The translations under genes and the position numbers were made by a program. This document shows, piece after piece, positions 45,604 to 55,898 of a stretch of 64,000 nt of DNA. Every line of letters starts with the position of its first letter. Within the stretch, counting starts at the first letter, position 1. The notes below the pieces were generated by a model. The model was not told the DNA's origin and ran no database searches. It saw nothing but the letters and a program-made list of their open reading frames with translations. The stretch comes from an uncultured Ruminococcus sp. (GTDB lineage: Bacteria > Bacillota > Clostridia > Oscillospirales > CAG-272), in NCBI GenBank assembly GCA_964590755.1, contig CAZPYK010000001.1, positions 16,897 through 80,896 on the forward strand. The letters are read 5' to 3'.

Positions 45604-46266
45604 ATGATCGTCGGAATAACCGGTCCGTCGGGAGCGGGAAAATCTCATTTATCGGCATTGCTGGCGGCACGCGGCTTTGCAATTCTCGATTGCGATAAAA
45701 TATATCACGAGTTGATATCCTCGCCCGGATCTTGCGTCACCGAGCTGTGTGAACAATTCGGTCCTGCCGTATTAAACATTAGTGGTGGTATAGACCGTAA
45801 TTCTTTGGGACGAATAGTTTTTTCAAGCCCCGGTGCGCTTTTAAAGCTCAATTCGATCACTCATAAATACATTATCGACGAAATAAAAAGTCGTATCGAT
45901 GCCCTACGCCCGGGCACTTCCGCAGTCATAGACGCCCCGACATTATTTGAAGCAGGGTGTGATGCACTTTGCGATCTGACGATCGGAGTGCTCGCCTCTC
46001 GCCAAACGCGCACGGCAAGACTCATTGAGCGTGACGGTGCCTTCAAAACAGCCGAAGAACTTGAAGCGAGGATGAACGCTTCAAAGCCCGAACTTTTTTA
46101 CACGCAAAGGTGCGATATGATATGGGTCAATGATCACGAAGACGCATCCGCAGACGAATTTGCTGACCGCATTGCCGCTTTGTGTACCGGAAACGGTCCA
46201 TCTCGGCGCAAAATTCCTAAGACAGACATTTCGGTCGCAAGCAACGGATCGGAGTCGGACAAATGA
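45604..46266 (+). CDS. coaE: Dephospho-CoA kinase
   Basis: MIVGITGPSGAGKS P-loop at the N-terminus. SD AGGAG lies 8 nt upstream of ATG 45604. It has a C-terminal extension of about 40 aa. Confidence 0.85.
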   Translation: MIVGITGPSGAGKSHLSALLAARGFAILDCDKIYHELISSPGSCVTELCEQFGPAVLNISGGIDRNSLGRIVFSSPGALLKLNSITHKYIIDEIKSRIDALRPGTSAVIDAPTLFEAGCDALCDLTIGVLASRQTRTARLIERDGAFKTAEELEARMNASKPELFYTQRCDMIWVNDHEDASADEFADRIAALCTGNGPSRRKIPKTDISVASNGSESDK

Positions 46267-46835
46267 GAACAGCAATAAAGCGCACACTTACGGTATTGAT
46301 AATTGCGGCACTCTCCATAGGCTGCGGCATGACGGTTGAAAAAATATGCGATTCAGCGGAACGCAAAAGCTATCCGCGCATGTATATGGAAACGGTCATG
46401 CAAAATTCGCAAGCATTCGGCATCCCTCAAAACATGATATACGCCTTTATAAGAACGGAGAGCAATTTTGATTCAAGCGCAAAAACCACTTCGGAGCAAG
46501 GCGACCGCGTGGGGCTCATGCAGCTGACCGCGGAGGAGTACACGCGTTACAGCACTCAACTCGGAATCTATTCGGATCCCGGAATGCGATACGATCCCGA
46601 GACCAATATCAAGCTCGGTTCATGCAAAATAGCCGAATTTTATAACAAGTATTCCGACAGGCGATGTATCTACGCCGCATTCGCGGTCGGATCGGAAACC
46701 GTTGATGAATGGCTCGCGAACTCCGAACTTTCTGACGAAAAAGGGCATCTTTTGACGATCCCGGATCCCGAGGTGTCGGCTTATGTTGAGAAGCTTGAGT
46801 CCGCGTTTCAAATGTACGTAAAGCTGTACGGTTAA
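46263..46835 (+). CDS. Lytic transglycosylase (SLT domain) protein
   Basis: Catalytic region IRTESNFDSSA and GLMQLT, with an N-terminal membrane anchor or lipobox-like LSIGCG. Confidence 0.8.
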   Translation: MRTAIKRTLTVLIIAALSIGCGMTVEKICDSAERKSYPRMYMETVMQNSQAFGIPQNMIYAFIRTESNFDSSAKTTSEQGDRVGLMQLTAEEYTRYSTQLGIYSDPGMRYDPETNIKLGSCKIAEFYNKYSDRRCIYAAFAVGSETVDEWLANSELSDEKGHLLTIPDPEVSAYVEKLESAFQMYVKLYG

Positions 46836-46886
46836 CAGATCGATGCAGATATAACAGATCAACATGCAAAGGAAGGATATAAGATC

Positions 46887-48317
46887 ATGTCTGAAAACGA
46901 AAACAAAAACGAAAAGATCGAAAAAACAGCCGCAGATCGCGCCAAGGAGCTGACATACACCAAAAAAACCGTATATCAACTCAAAAACAGCGAAGCTGTC
47001 GAGGCGGCGTATGCTTATGCGCAAGGTTATGCAAAATTTCTCGACAATGCCAAAACCGAACGCGAGGCCGTAACGCAAGGCATCGCCATGGCAAAAGAAA
47101 ACGGATTTACCGAATATCATTTCGGCGACAAGCTCGAAAAAGGCGGCAAATATTATTACAACAACCGCGGAAAGAATCTTTTCCTCTTTTACATCGGAAG
47201 CGGTGATATAAGGAACGGCATACGTATCTCCGCGGCACACATCGATTCTCCGCGTATCGATCTGAAGCAGGTTCCGCTTTACGAGGACAGTGGTATGAGC
47301 TTTTTGAAAACTCATTATTACGGAGGCATACGCAAATATCAGTGGGTGGCATCTCCTCTTGCGCTCCACGGTGTGGTCTGCAAGAAGAACGGTGAAAATA
47401 TCAACATCGTTATAGGCGAAGATGATTCGGACCCGGTGCTTTATATCAACGATCTGCTTCCGCACCTCGGACATGCCGACGATACCAAGCCGCTCGGAAG
47501 CGCCATTCCGGGTGAAAAGTTGAATCTTCTGGTCGGCAGCAGACCGATCGATGATGTTTCCGACGGAATCAAGCTCAACGTGCTTAGTATCCTGAACGAA
47601 AAATACGGCATTGACGAGGCCGACCTTCTTTCCGCAGAGCTTTCGGCAGTGCCTGTCGGCAAAGCTCGCGATGCCGGAATTGATCGCTCGATGATCTGCG
47701 CATACGGACATGACGACAGAGTTTGCTCTTATCCCGCACTGACCGCTCTCTTTGAAGCCGTCGGCGGCGAATCGGACTGTGAAAATTCCATTCTTTGCAT
47801 ACTTGCGGACAAAGAGGAGACCGGCAGCGAGGGTAACACCGGTATGCAGTGCGAGCTGATGCTCGATCTGATAGACGAGATCGCCGCGTCGCAGAATGCC
47901 TCACCCTCTCTTGTGCGCTTGAATTCAAAATGCCTTTCCGCAGATGTTTCCGCAGCATTCGACCCCAATTTCGGCGAAGTGTTTGAAAAGAGAAATTCAT
48001 CCCTGCTCTCTTGCGGCGTGGTTCTCACCAAATACACGGGCGCTCGCGGCAAGAGCGGCACGAGTGATGCCTCGGCGGAATATATCGGATGGCTTCGCGG
48101 AATAATGGAGCGCGATGATATCGTTTGGCAGGCCGGCGAGCTCGGCAAGGTCGATGCCGGCGGCGGCGGAACGGTCGCGAAATATATAGCCAATCATAAC
48201 ATAGATGTCGTCGATCTCGGGGTTCCGGTAATTTCGATGCATGCGCCATACGAAATAATTTCCAAAGTCGACCTTTATGAGGCCCACCGTGCCTTTGTGG
48301 CGTTCAACAAATATTGA
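46887..48317 (+). CDS. M18-family aminopeptidase
   Basis: 476 aa with AAHIDSPRIDLK, HYYGGIRKYQW and GHDDRVCSY motifs typical of M18/aminopeptidase 1. Confidence 0.8.
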   Translation: MSENENKNEKIEKTAADRAKELTYTKKTVYQLKNSEAVEAAYAYAQGYAKFLDNAKTEREAVTQGIAMAKENGFTEYHFGDKLEKGGKYYYNNRGKNLFLFYIGSGDIRNGIRISAAHIDSPRIDLKQVPLYEDSGMSFLKTHYYGGIRKYQWVASPLALHGVVCKKNGENINIVIGEDDSDPVLYINDLLPHLGHADDTKPLGSAIPGEKLNLLVGSRPIDDVSDGIKLNVLSILNEKYGIDEADLLSAELSAVPVGKARDAGIDRSMICAYGHDDRVCSYPALTALFEAVGGESDCENSILCILADKEETGSEGNTGMQCELMLDLIDEIAASQNASPSLVRLNSKCLSADVSAAFDPNFGEVFEKRNSSLLSCGVVLTKYTGARGKSGTSDASAEYIGWLRGIMERDDIVWQAGELGKVDAGGGGTVAKYIANHNIDVVDLGVPVISMHAPYEIISKVDLYEAHRAFVAFNKY

Positions 48318-48326
48318 TCGGCAAAA

Positions 48327-49418
48327 ATGTCAGCTTCATCGGCAGTTATGATCAAGCTTGGTGAGCTTGATAAAAAATATACCGAAGCCGAGCTGCTTCT
48401 ATCCTCCTCGGAGGTATTATCGAATATTCCGCTCTATACCCAAACGATGAAGGAATATCGTTCCATGGCTCCGATAGTGACAAAATATCGTGAATATATG
48501 AGCACAGTCTCGGAGGAATCCGAGACTCGCGCTCTGCTTGCGGAGACCGATGACACCGAGTTGCGGACGCTTGCGTTCGATGAACTTACCATGTTGAAGG
48601 ACAAATTGTCAACTCTGGAGAGCGAACTGACCGCAATGCTGCTGGCGCGCGATCCGAATGACGAAAAGAACATTGTTGTCGAAATACGAGCCGGAGCGGG
48701 CGGCGAGGAAGCTTGCCTTTTTGCCGCAGTCCTGTACAGGATGTATTCGATGTACTGCGAAAAAAACGGCTACAATTTATCCTTGATGAGTTGCAACGAA
48801 ACCGAGCTCGGCGGTTTTCGCGCCATCACCTTTACAGTAGACGGAGACGGAGCGTATTCAAGGTTCAAATTCGAATCCGGTGTTCACAGAGTTCAACGAG
48901 TTCCCAAAACCGAATCTCAAGGCAGGATACAAACTTCGACGATAACGGTGGCAGTTCTCCCCGAAGCGGATGAGGTCGACGTTGATATACTTCCGCAGGA
49001 TATCGAATTTGAAACCTGCAAATCAAGCGGAGCCGGCGGACAGCATATAAACAAGACCGAATCCGCAGTCAGACTCATACACAAGCCCACGGGAATAGTC
49101 ATAGAGTGCCAACAGGAACGCTCTCAGCTTCAAAATAAAGATCGCGCGCTTAAACTTCTCAGAGCCAAGCTTTATGATATAAAGACCTGCGAACAAAATC
49201 AAAGAATCGCCGAAACACGACGGCTTCAAGTAGGCTCCGGCGACAGGAGCGAAAAAATACGCACATATAACTATCCTCAAAATCGTGTGACAGATCACCG
49301 GATCGGGTTGACACTTTATTCACTTGATTCCTTCATTGACGGTGACATGGACACGCTCGTGGATGCGTTGAACGCCGCAGACACCGCCGAAAGACTTCGT
49401 GCCGGAAGCGAGGCGTGA
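48327..49418 (+). CDS. prfA: Peptide chain release factor 1
   Basis: PxT-type tripeptide region (RVQRVPKTE) and GGQ motif ([18 protein letters not shown]). ATG 48348 is an alternative start. Confidence 0.9.
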   Translation: MSASSAVMIKLGELDKKYTEAELLLSSSEVLSNIPLYTQTMKEYRSMAPIVTKYREYMSTVSEESETRALLAETDDTELRTLAFDELTMLKDKLSTLESELTAMLLARDPNDEKNIVVEIRAGAGGEEACLFAAVLYRMYSMYCEKNGYNLSLMSCNETELGGFRAITFTVDGDGAYSRFKFESGVHRVQRVPKTESQGRIQTSTITVAVLPEADEVDVDILPQDIEFETCKSSGAGGQHINKTESAVRLIHKPTGIVIECQQERSQLQNKDRALKLLRAKLYDIKTCEQNQRIAETRRLQVGSGDRSEKIRTYNYPQNRVTDHRIGLTLYSLDSFIDGDMDTLVDALNAADTAERLRAGSEA

Positions 49419-49460
49419 ACGTATTCACTTTCGCTCATCCGACAGTAAGATCAATTATTT

Positions 49461-50546
49461 ATGACAGTTCGAAAGGCAATTTTAACGATCATGTCACAAT
49501 CATCAAATTCAGAAACGTTCCATATTACACTTGATCCGAATAATTTTAACGATTCGGAACTGATTCCCGCCGCCGAGGCTATCCGCAACGGAGGTTTGGT
49601 TGTATTTCCGACCGAGACAGTCTACGGACTCGGCGGAGATGGCACCAACGAGGAATCGGCAAACAAGATATATCAAGCCAAGGGACGCCCGTCCGACAAT
49701 CCGCTGATAATTCATATTTCGGACCCGCGCGACGCGGAGGCATATTGCCGGACCTCTCCTCTTTTTTACCGTTTGGCGCAAAGCTTCATGCCCGGCCCGC
49801 TTACCGTGATACTGCCGAAAAAAGACACCATTCCCGCGCGCGTCACAGGAGGACTTGACACGGTTGCCGTCCGATGCCCGTCGCACCCGATAGCCAATTC
49901 CTTGATCAGACTTTGCGGCGTTCCGATCGCGGCGCCGAGTGCCAATATCTCGGGCCGCCCCTCCCCCACAAAAGCCGAGCATGCGGCGCATGACCTTGAC
50001 GGTCGCGTAGATTTCATCATAGACGGCGGTGAATGCGCCTTTGGCGTCGAATCAACCATAATCCGACTTGATGACGAGGACTCTGTCACACTTTTGCGTC
50101 CGGGTGCGGTGACCGATGACGCCCTCAGGTGCGTTGCCAAAAATGTTACCGTGGCTCACTCCGTCACAGAAATGCTCGCCGAGAATGAACGGCCGCTTTC
50201 CCCGGGAATGAAATACCGTCACTATGCACCATCCAAGCCGCTTAAGCTTGTGGGGGGCAGCGAGGCGGATCGTATACAATTTTTCAGAAATGCTCAATTA
50301 AACGAGAATTGCATCATCATTTGTTACGATGAGCAAGAGCCGCTGTTGCTTGGCGGAAGAATAATAACCATAGGCGCAGGCTATGACCTTGAAACACAAA
50401 TGCACCGTCTCTTCTCTGCTCTGCGCGAATCGGATGAGATCGATGCCGATGTCATTTATGCCAATCTTCCCGACACCGAGGGGCTGGGGCTCGCTCTGTA
50501 CAACAGACTTATCAGAGCTGCCGCGCACACGGTTATAAAGTTGTAA
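49461..50546 (+). CDS. tsaC: L-threonylcarbamoyladenylate synthase (Sua5/YwlC long form)
   Basis: YrdC domain (VVFPTETVYGLGGD, SANISGRPSPT) plus a Sua5 C-terminal domain. Confidence 0.85.
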   Translation: MTVRKAILTIMSQSSNSETFHITLDPNNFNDSELIPAAEAIRNGGLVVFPTETVYGLGGDGTNEESANKIYQAKGRPSDNPLIIHISDPRDAEAYCRTSPLFYRLAQSFMPGPLTVILPKKDTIPARVTGGLDTVAVRCPSHPIANSLIRLCGVPIAAPSANISGRPSPTKAEHAAHDLDGRVDFIIDGGECAFGVESTIIRLDDEDSVTLLRPGAVTDDALRCVAKNVTVAHSVTEMLAENERPLSPGMKYRHYAPSKPLKLVGGSEADRIQFFRNAQLNENCIIICYDEQEPLLLGGRIITIGAGYDLETQMHRLFSALRESDEIDADVIYANLPDTEGLGLALYNRLIRAAAHTVIKL

Positions 50547-50604
50547 TCAGATCGGAATACTTCAAAATACAAATGCAATTATTTAAAGAAGAGGTTTTAA
50601 CCGC

Positions 50605-52848
50605 ATGGCAAGAAAAAAGAAGGCTCTGCCGGATGATACTGTCTTGAACAAGGCAGCTCCCGCAACAGAGCAGCTCATAACCGCCACGATAGAAGAAAAC
50701 TATATGCCGTATGTCATGAGCGTTATAGTTTCGCGCGCCATTCCGGCCATTGACGGCTTTAAGCCTGCGCACCGTAAGCTATTGTACACCATGTATAAGA
50801 TGGGGCTTCTGAACAGCAACGCTCCGACCACAAAAAGCGCAAAGGTGGTCGGACAAACCATGACACTTAATCCGCACGGTGATGCCGCGATATACGAAAC
50901 ACTTGTACGTTTGACCAACGGATACGAGGCGCTACTGCACCCATTTATTCATTCAAAGGGCGCATTCGGAAAGCAATACAGCTGGGATAAAGCCTCAGCT
51001 CCGCGTTACACCGAGGTCAAGCTTGATAAATTCTGCACCGAAATTTTTTCGGGTATTGAGAAGGATGCCGTCGAAATGGTGGACAACTACGACGGAACAT
51101 TAAAAGAACCCTCGCTTTTACCCACCACCTTTCCAAATATATTAGTCACTCCAAACATGGGTATCGCCGTGGGCATGGCATCAAACATTTGCTCCTTTAA
51201 TCTTGCCGAGATATGTGACGGCACCATAGCAATGCTTCGCGATCCCAAGATCACCGCGGACAAGCTGCTTGATATTATACCCGCCCCCGACTTTGCCGGC
51301 GGGGGGCAGATAATATACGATCGAAATGACATGTTGGAGGTGTTCAATTCCGGCTCGGGATCTGTTCGCGTGCGTGCAAAGTACAAGTACGATCCCAAGG
51401 AGAACTGTATAGATGTTTATGAAATACCGTATACCACTACGGTAAACCAGATCATGAAGCAAGTCACCGATCTTCTTAAGGAAAATAAGCTCAAAGAGAT
51501 CACCGACGTTCGCGACGAAATAGGCCTTTCCGGTTTCAGAATGACCATTGACATCCGTCGCGGCACGGATCCCGATCAGCTGATGGCAAAACTGTTCAAA
51601 GCGACCTCTCTTGAGGATTGCTTCAAATGTAATTTTAACGTTCTCATCGGTTCTGTCCCGAGACAAATGGGCGTCAAGGAGATACTCGGCGAATGGATAA
51701 GCTTCCGTAAAGAATGCTATTCTCGCGAATTGCGCTTCGACCTTCAACGAAAAAAAGAAAAGCTGCATCTTTTGATGGGGCTGGGCAGAATACTGCTCGA
51801 TATCGACAAGGCGATAAAGATCATCCGTGAGACCGAAAAGGACTCGGATGTCATTCCGAATCTGTGTCGCGTTTTTTCGATCGACGAGGAACAGGCTGAA
51901 TTCGTTGCGGATATCAAACTTCGAAACATAAACAGAGAATATATCTTAAACAGAATAAAGGATATAGACGAACTGCAAAAGCAGATAGCCGAGCTGGAGG
52001 CAATACTTGCCGATGAGCTCAAGCTGAAAAAGAAGCTTATCGCACAGTTGGACGAAGTAAAGAAAAAATACGGTCAACCGAGGCGCTCCGAGATCATTCA
52101 AGCGCACGAGATAACCGTCGTCGCTCCCGATAACGAGATTGAGAACTTTCCTGCTCACTTCTTCCTTACATCGGAAGGATATTTCAAAAAGATAACGGCT
52201 CTGTCTTTGCGCGGAAACGATGCACACAAGCTCAAGGAAGGAGACAGCATCATCTGCGAAGCCGAGGCGGATAATCTCACCGACATATTCTTCTTCACCG
52301 ACAAGGCGCAACTCTATCGAGCTCGCGCATGTGACTTTGATGTCTGCAAGGCATCATCAATGGGGGACTTCATTCCAGCCAAACTGAATTTCGATACCGA
52401 CGAAAAACCGATATATATGAAAGTGGGCAACGATTGGCGGGATAATATGAATATGGTATTCATTTTCGAAAACGGCAAGGGCGTGCGTATACCTCAATCG
52501 GCATATCGCACCAAAAGCAACAGACGCAAAATTACGGGAGCATTTTCCGATACCTCTCCCATCGTTGCAATGTTTGAGGAGGACAAGCCCTTTGAGCTCT
52601 TGCTGATAACCTCTGCCGATCGAGCGGCGGTTCTCTCTACGAATCTGTTCCCATGCAAGGCAACCAGGTCGTCTGTGGGAGCGCAGATCATCAATCTGCG
52701 AGCGGGAACTCGAATCAAGGCAGCGTTCCGTGACTTCACCGACAAATTCGAAAGCACCAAGGGATATAAAAAGATCAAGATACCCGCCACACCGGTCCTC
52801 CTGGTTGAAAAAGATATTGAAAAAATGCAGTTAAAGCTTGATATTTGA
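50605..52848 (+). CDS. Type IIA topoisomerase subunit A (GyrA/ParC-like)
   Basis: 747 aa with AIDGFKPAHRKLLY and the active-site Tyr context SAPRYTEVKL. No B subunit is adjacent. Confidence 0.85.
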   Translation: MARKKKALPDDTVLNKAAPATEQLITATIEENYMPYVMSVIVSRAIPAIDGFKPAHRKLLYTMYKMGLLNSNAPTTKSAKVVGQTMTLNPHGDAAIYETLVRLTNGYEALLHPFIHSKGAFGKQYSWDKASAPRYTEVKLDKFCTEIFSGIEKDAVEMVDNYDGTLKEPSLLPTTFPNILVTPNMGIAVGMASNICSFNLAEICDGTIAMLRDPKITADKLLDIIPAPDFAGGGQIIYDRNDMLEVFNSGSGSVRVRAKYKYDPKENCIDVYEIPYTTTVNQIMKQVTDLLKENKLKEITDVRDEIGLSGFRMTIDIRRGTDPDQLMAKLFKATSLEDCFKCNFNVLIGSVPRQMGVKEILGEWISFRKECYSRELRFDLQRKKEKLHLLMGLGRILLDIDKAIKIIRETEKDSDVIPNLCRVFSIDEEQAEFVADIKLRNINREYILNRIKDIDELQKQIAELEAILADELKLKKKLIAQLDEVKKKYGQPRRSEIIQAHEITVVAPDNEIENFPAHFFLTSEGYFKKITALSLRGNDAHKLKEGDSIICEAEADNLTDIFFFTDKAQLYRARACDFDVCKASSMGDFIPAKLNFDTDEKPIYMKVGNDWRDNMNMVFIFENGKGVRIPQSAYRTKSNRRKITGAFSDTSPIVAMFEEDKPFELLLITSADRAAVLSTNLFPCKATRSSVGAQIINLRAGTRIKAAFRDFTDKFESTKGYKKIKIPATPVLLVEKDIEKMQLKLDI

Positions 52849-52892
52849 CCATCAAGCGTATTCACCACTCACGTTCAAATGGTAAAAACATA

Positions 52893-53876
52893 ATGATCAC
52901 CGAAAACAAGTTTATAAAAAAAGCAGCCACACTCGGGCTGGCATTTGCGCTCGCACTTCTGACCTCCGTGACGGTTTACGCCACGGTAAGCTACAGCTAT
53001 GACAGCTCGCAGGATCCCGTGGTATCACTGTCCGGCTTGGCTCAATATGTCGAGGATTATGTCCTTACACCGTTCAACCGACGCATAAACGAGCTTAGCG
53101 AACGCGTGAGCGCGCTTGAAAGCAACGGCGGAGGCGGCAGTGGAAGCGGTATCGGCTCCGAGGCATACAACACGCTTTTGTCACGTATCAGCGCATTGGA
53201 GGAGACGATCGAAGCTCAAGAAAAAGAACTGTCCGAACTCAGATCCGAGATTTCGACATCCGGCGACTCGGTGAACGGACGACTCGATTCGATCGAAAAA
53301 AGCTACACCGATGTTACCAAGCAGATAAGTGCCGTAAATGATTCGATAACCGGGCTTTCAAACAGTCTGGCAACGCTGAAGACAACAATATCAAGCTTGG
53401 ACAAAAATTGCGGCAGCCTTTCAGATAAGTATATGTCGGTCACGAAATCAATGAACGAACTTCAATCGGCGATAAATGCACTGACCGGCACGGACGGCGA
53501 TGTGACTAAACTGCAACAGCAATACGACGAGTTGTATAGCGCCTGGCAGCAGATCCAGACCGAGGTGGGCGTTATGTATCGTCCCGTATTTGTGGAAAGC
53601 GGAAAAACCATCAAAGCCAAAAATGCGGACGAGGGAATATTGGTCATAGTTCGCAGCGGTTATGCCGTAGTGGTCTCACCTTACAACACATCCGGGACCC
53701 TGCAGGGAGTCAACGACCTGACAAGCGGCGAGGAGCTGTACAACGGTGCAGACGCACCGCTCATGCATAATCTTCTCATTCCGCGAGGCGCCGATGACGG
53801 CAGAGGAATACTTATCGCCAGCTATGACGGTGCTTATGTCATGATCGGAGGCGACTATGTCATCGTCGATGAATAA
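52893..53876 (+). CDS. Hypothetical secreted or anchored coiled-coil protein
   Basis: N-terminal hydrophobic segment, a Gly-rich linker, about 150 aa of heptad-like sequence (LSELRSEIS..., ISSLDKNCGSL...), and a C-terminal beta-rich domain. The SD is weak. Confidence 0.55.
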   Translation: MITENKFIKKAATLGLAFALALLTSVTVYATVSYSYDSSQDPVVSLSGLAQYVEDYVLTPFNRRINELSERVSALESNGGGGSGSGIGSEAYNTLLSRISALEETIEAQEKELSELRSEISTSGDSVNGRLDSIEKSYTDVTKQISAVNDSITGLSNSLATLKTTISSLDKNCGSLSDKYMSVTKSMNELQSAINALTGTDGDVTKLQQQYDELYSAWQQIQTEVGVMYRPVFVESGKTIKAKNADEGILVIVRSGYAVVVSPYNTSGTLQGVNDLTSGEELYNGADAPLMHNLLIPRGADDGRGILIASYDGAYVMIGGDYVIVDE

Positions 53877-55848
53877 TAAGAAAGCTCTCCGACGCAGAGC
53901 TCAGCTCGTCATTTTCTTCATTTTGATACCGGTTCTCGTTGCCGTGTTGCCTGCTCTCGGCACCACAGAGAGCGACGACTCACTTTCAGATTATGCGATC
54001 AGATCCAATACACAAACCGATCCGACTTATCTTGCGATCGGTCTGCGCTACGGCGATGATGCCCCCTTTTCAAGTGCTATGCTCTCCCCTTACGGTTTTA
54101 TCATCGGCGAGACCGAGATAACCAAGACCGAAAGAAATTTCATTCCGCTATACAATTTAAACACCGCGTCCCTTTATGCGGTCTGCGATTCAAATATAAA
54201 AGTCGGTTACAATTCTTGTTCGGCGGCTTATAAGGAATCCGACACCGATATAGGTGGATATCATGTTGAAATAACCATGCCCGACGGCAATATTTGGGAC
54301 AAGCTGGATGATTTTTCCGATCTGTTTACCATGATGTACGGGCATTGCTTCCCGGCATATATAAACGGCGTTAAATGCGTCAGAGTCGGTGCGTTTGCCG
54401 GCTATACGGAAGCCGGAGAAGCAGCCGCCGCGGTCTTCTCTTTCTTTTCGGGAGATGAATACGCCATAGGAATAGCATCTCCGTCGTCCTCGGGCGTATC
54501 TGTGCTGGATGCGGACATGGAGAGCATTTTATTTGAATATGACGGCGACGAGCATTTTTATTTGGGCTTTGCCGCACGTCAGCGAGCCGATGCCGATCGT
54601 GCATACATCCAAGATGTTGCCACATCGAATATCTACGACGGATTATTTTGCTATCGCAGATATGTAGGCTCGGGAGTCGACGGTCTCACGCACATCAATC
54701 TCGTCGAACTGAATACATATGTTGAAGGCGTACTGCCGAATGAGATCTATACAAGCTGGGATATCGAAACGCAAAAGGCATTTGCGATAACGGTGCGTTC
54801 ATACTCGGTCATCTGCATAGGCAAGCACTACTCCTCATACGGCTTTGATATGTGCAGTCTTTCTCATTGCGAGAACTACCGCGGAAGAAAGCTTATCACG
54901 GCAAAGGTTACACAAGCGGTGAAAGAAACGCACGACATGGTATTGACATACAAAGACACGGTCGTGGAAGGGCTCTATTCTTCAAGCATCGGCGGTTGGT
55001 CGGTGGACACAAAATATGTCTGGGGCGGCATTACCGATAAATATCTCACAGCACAGCAAACGCCGTGGGAAAAATACTCTGAGTATCGTTCCGGAATGTG
55101 GGAAAGCGAAATAAGCGCATCCGAACTGAAAAAAGCATGCATCGAATACGGCGAAACTCAAATCGATTCGGATATAGTCAAGATCGAGACCACTTACGCC
55201 GGAGATACACCGTATATATACACGATGAAGCTTACCGATAAAAACGGAAACACGGCAACCGTCACGCGCTGTTCGGCAATCAGATCGCTGCTTTACGGAT
55301 ATGTGTGGTCCGCAAATTTTTCGATAGGACGCGGATCGGTGGATTACACATATGAAGACGTTATTTCGACCAACATAATCAATCTGCAAGGTTCGGGAGC
55401 CGGCATGGTCAAAGTATATACCGGAAGCGGTGAGATCCTTGCCGATTCGTCGAAATTCAATTTTTTCACATACCTGGGCAACCTTTTTAAGGATGATTCC
55501 AGCACTCTGCATGTCTATACCGGTAACGGAATAGCGCAGATAAGCGGCGACGGCTCTGACATCCCCATGACCACCGAACCTGATGAAAACGGCAGGTATA
55601 CCGTGGTGTCGAATTACGGAAGCTTTCTTATCGTTACGCAACTGCAAAAGCATCAAGCTACGTACAGGGCTTCAAGCAGTACCTCCTTTGCCATAGTCGG
55701 AAAAGGTATGGGGCATGGTGTCGGCATGAGTCAATTCGGAGCCTCGGATCTCGGTGAAGCAGGAGCCACAGCCGAGCAGATACTGACAGCTTACTTCCCC
55801 GGCGCCGAGATTGAAGATTATTATAAATTTATCGCAAAAAACAGTTGA
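53857..55848 (+). CDS. SpoIID/LytB-domain protein
   Basis: Core YVEGVLPNEI...ETQKAFAITVRSY...CSLSHCENYRG...YSSSIGGW...GHGVGMSQFGA. SD GGAGG is present. It overlaps the previous gene by 20 nt. Confidence 0.8.
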   Translation: MSSSMNNKKALRRRAQLVIFFILIPVLVAVLPALGTTESDDSLSDYAIRSNTQTDPTYLAIGLRYGDDAPFSSAMLSPYGFIIGETEITKTERNFIPLYNLNTASLYAVCDSNIKVGYNSCSAAYKESDTDIGGYHVEITMPDGNIWDKLDDFSDLFTMMYGHCFPAYINGVKCVRVGAFAGYTEAGEAAAAVFSFFSGDEYAIGIASPSSSGVSVLDADMESILFEYDGDEHFYLGFAARQRADADRAYIQDVATSNIYDGLFCYRRYVGSGVDGLTHINLVELNTYVEGVLPNEIYTSWDIETQKAFAITVRSYSVICIGKHYSSYGFDMCSLSHCENYRGRKLITAKVTQAVKETHDMVLTYKDTVVEGLYSSSIGGWSVDTKYVWGGITDKYLTAQQTPWEKYSEYRSGMWESEISASELKKACIEYGETQIDSDIVKIETTYAGDTPYIYTMKLTDKNGNTATVTRCSAIRSLLYGYVWSANFSIGRGSVDYTYEDVISTNIINLQGSGAGMVKVYTGSGEILADSSKFNFFTYLGNLFKDDSSTLHVYTGNGIAQISGDGSDIPMTTEPDENGRYTVVSNYGSFLIVTQLQKHQATYRASSSTSFAIVGKGMGHGVGMSQFGASDLGEAGATAEQILTAYFPGAEIEDYYKFIAKNS

Positions 55849-55898
55849 AAGACGGCCTGCGACCGTATCTCGTTTCCGGGAACAGTCGCAGGCTTTTT

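Noticed and set aside
46620-47711. 363-aa minus-strand ORF overlapping the SLT and aminopeptidase genes
   Set aside because: The plus-strand genes have clear family motifs. The minus frame has no SD or motifs and spans two real genes plus their intergenic gap.
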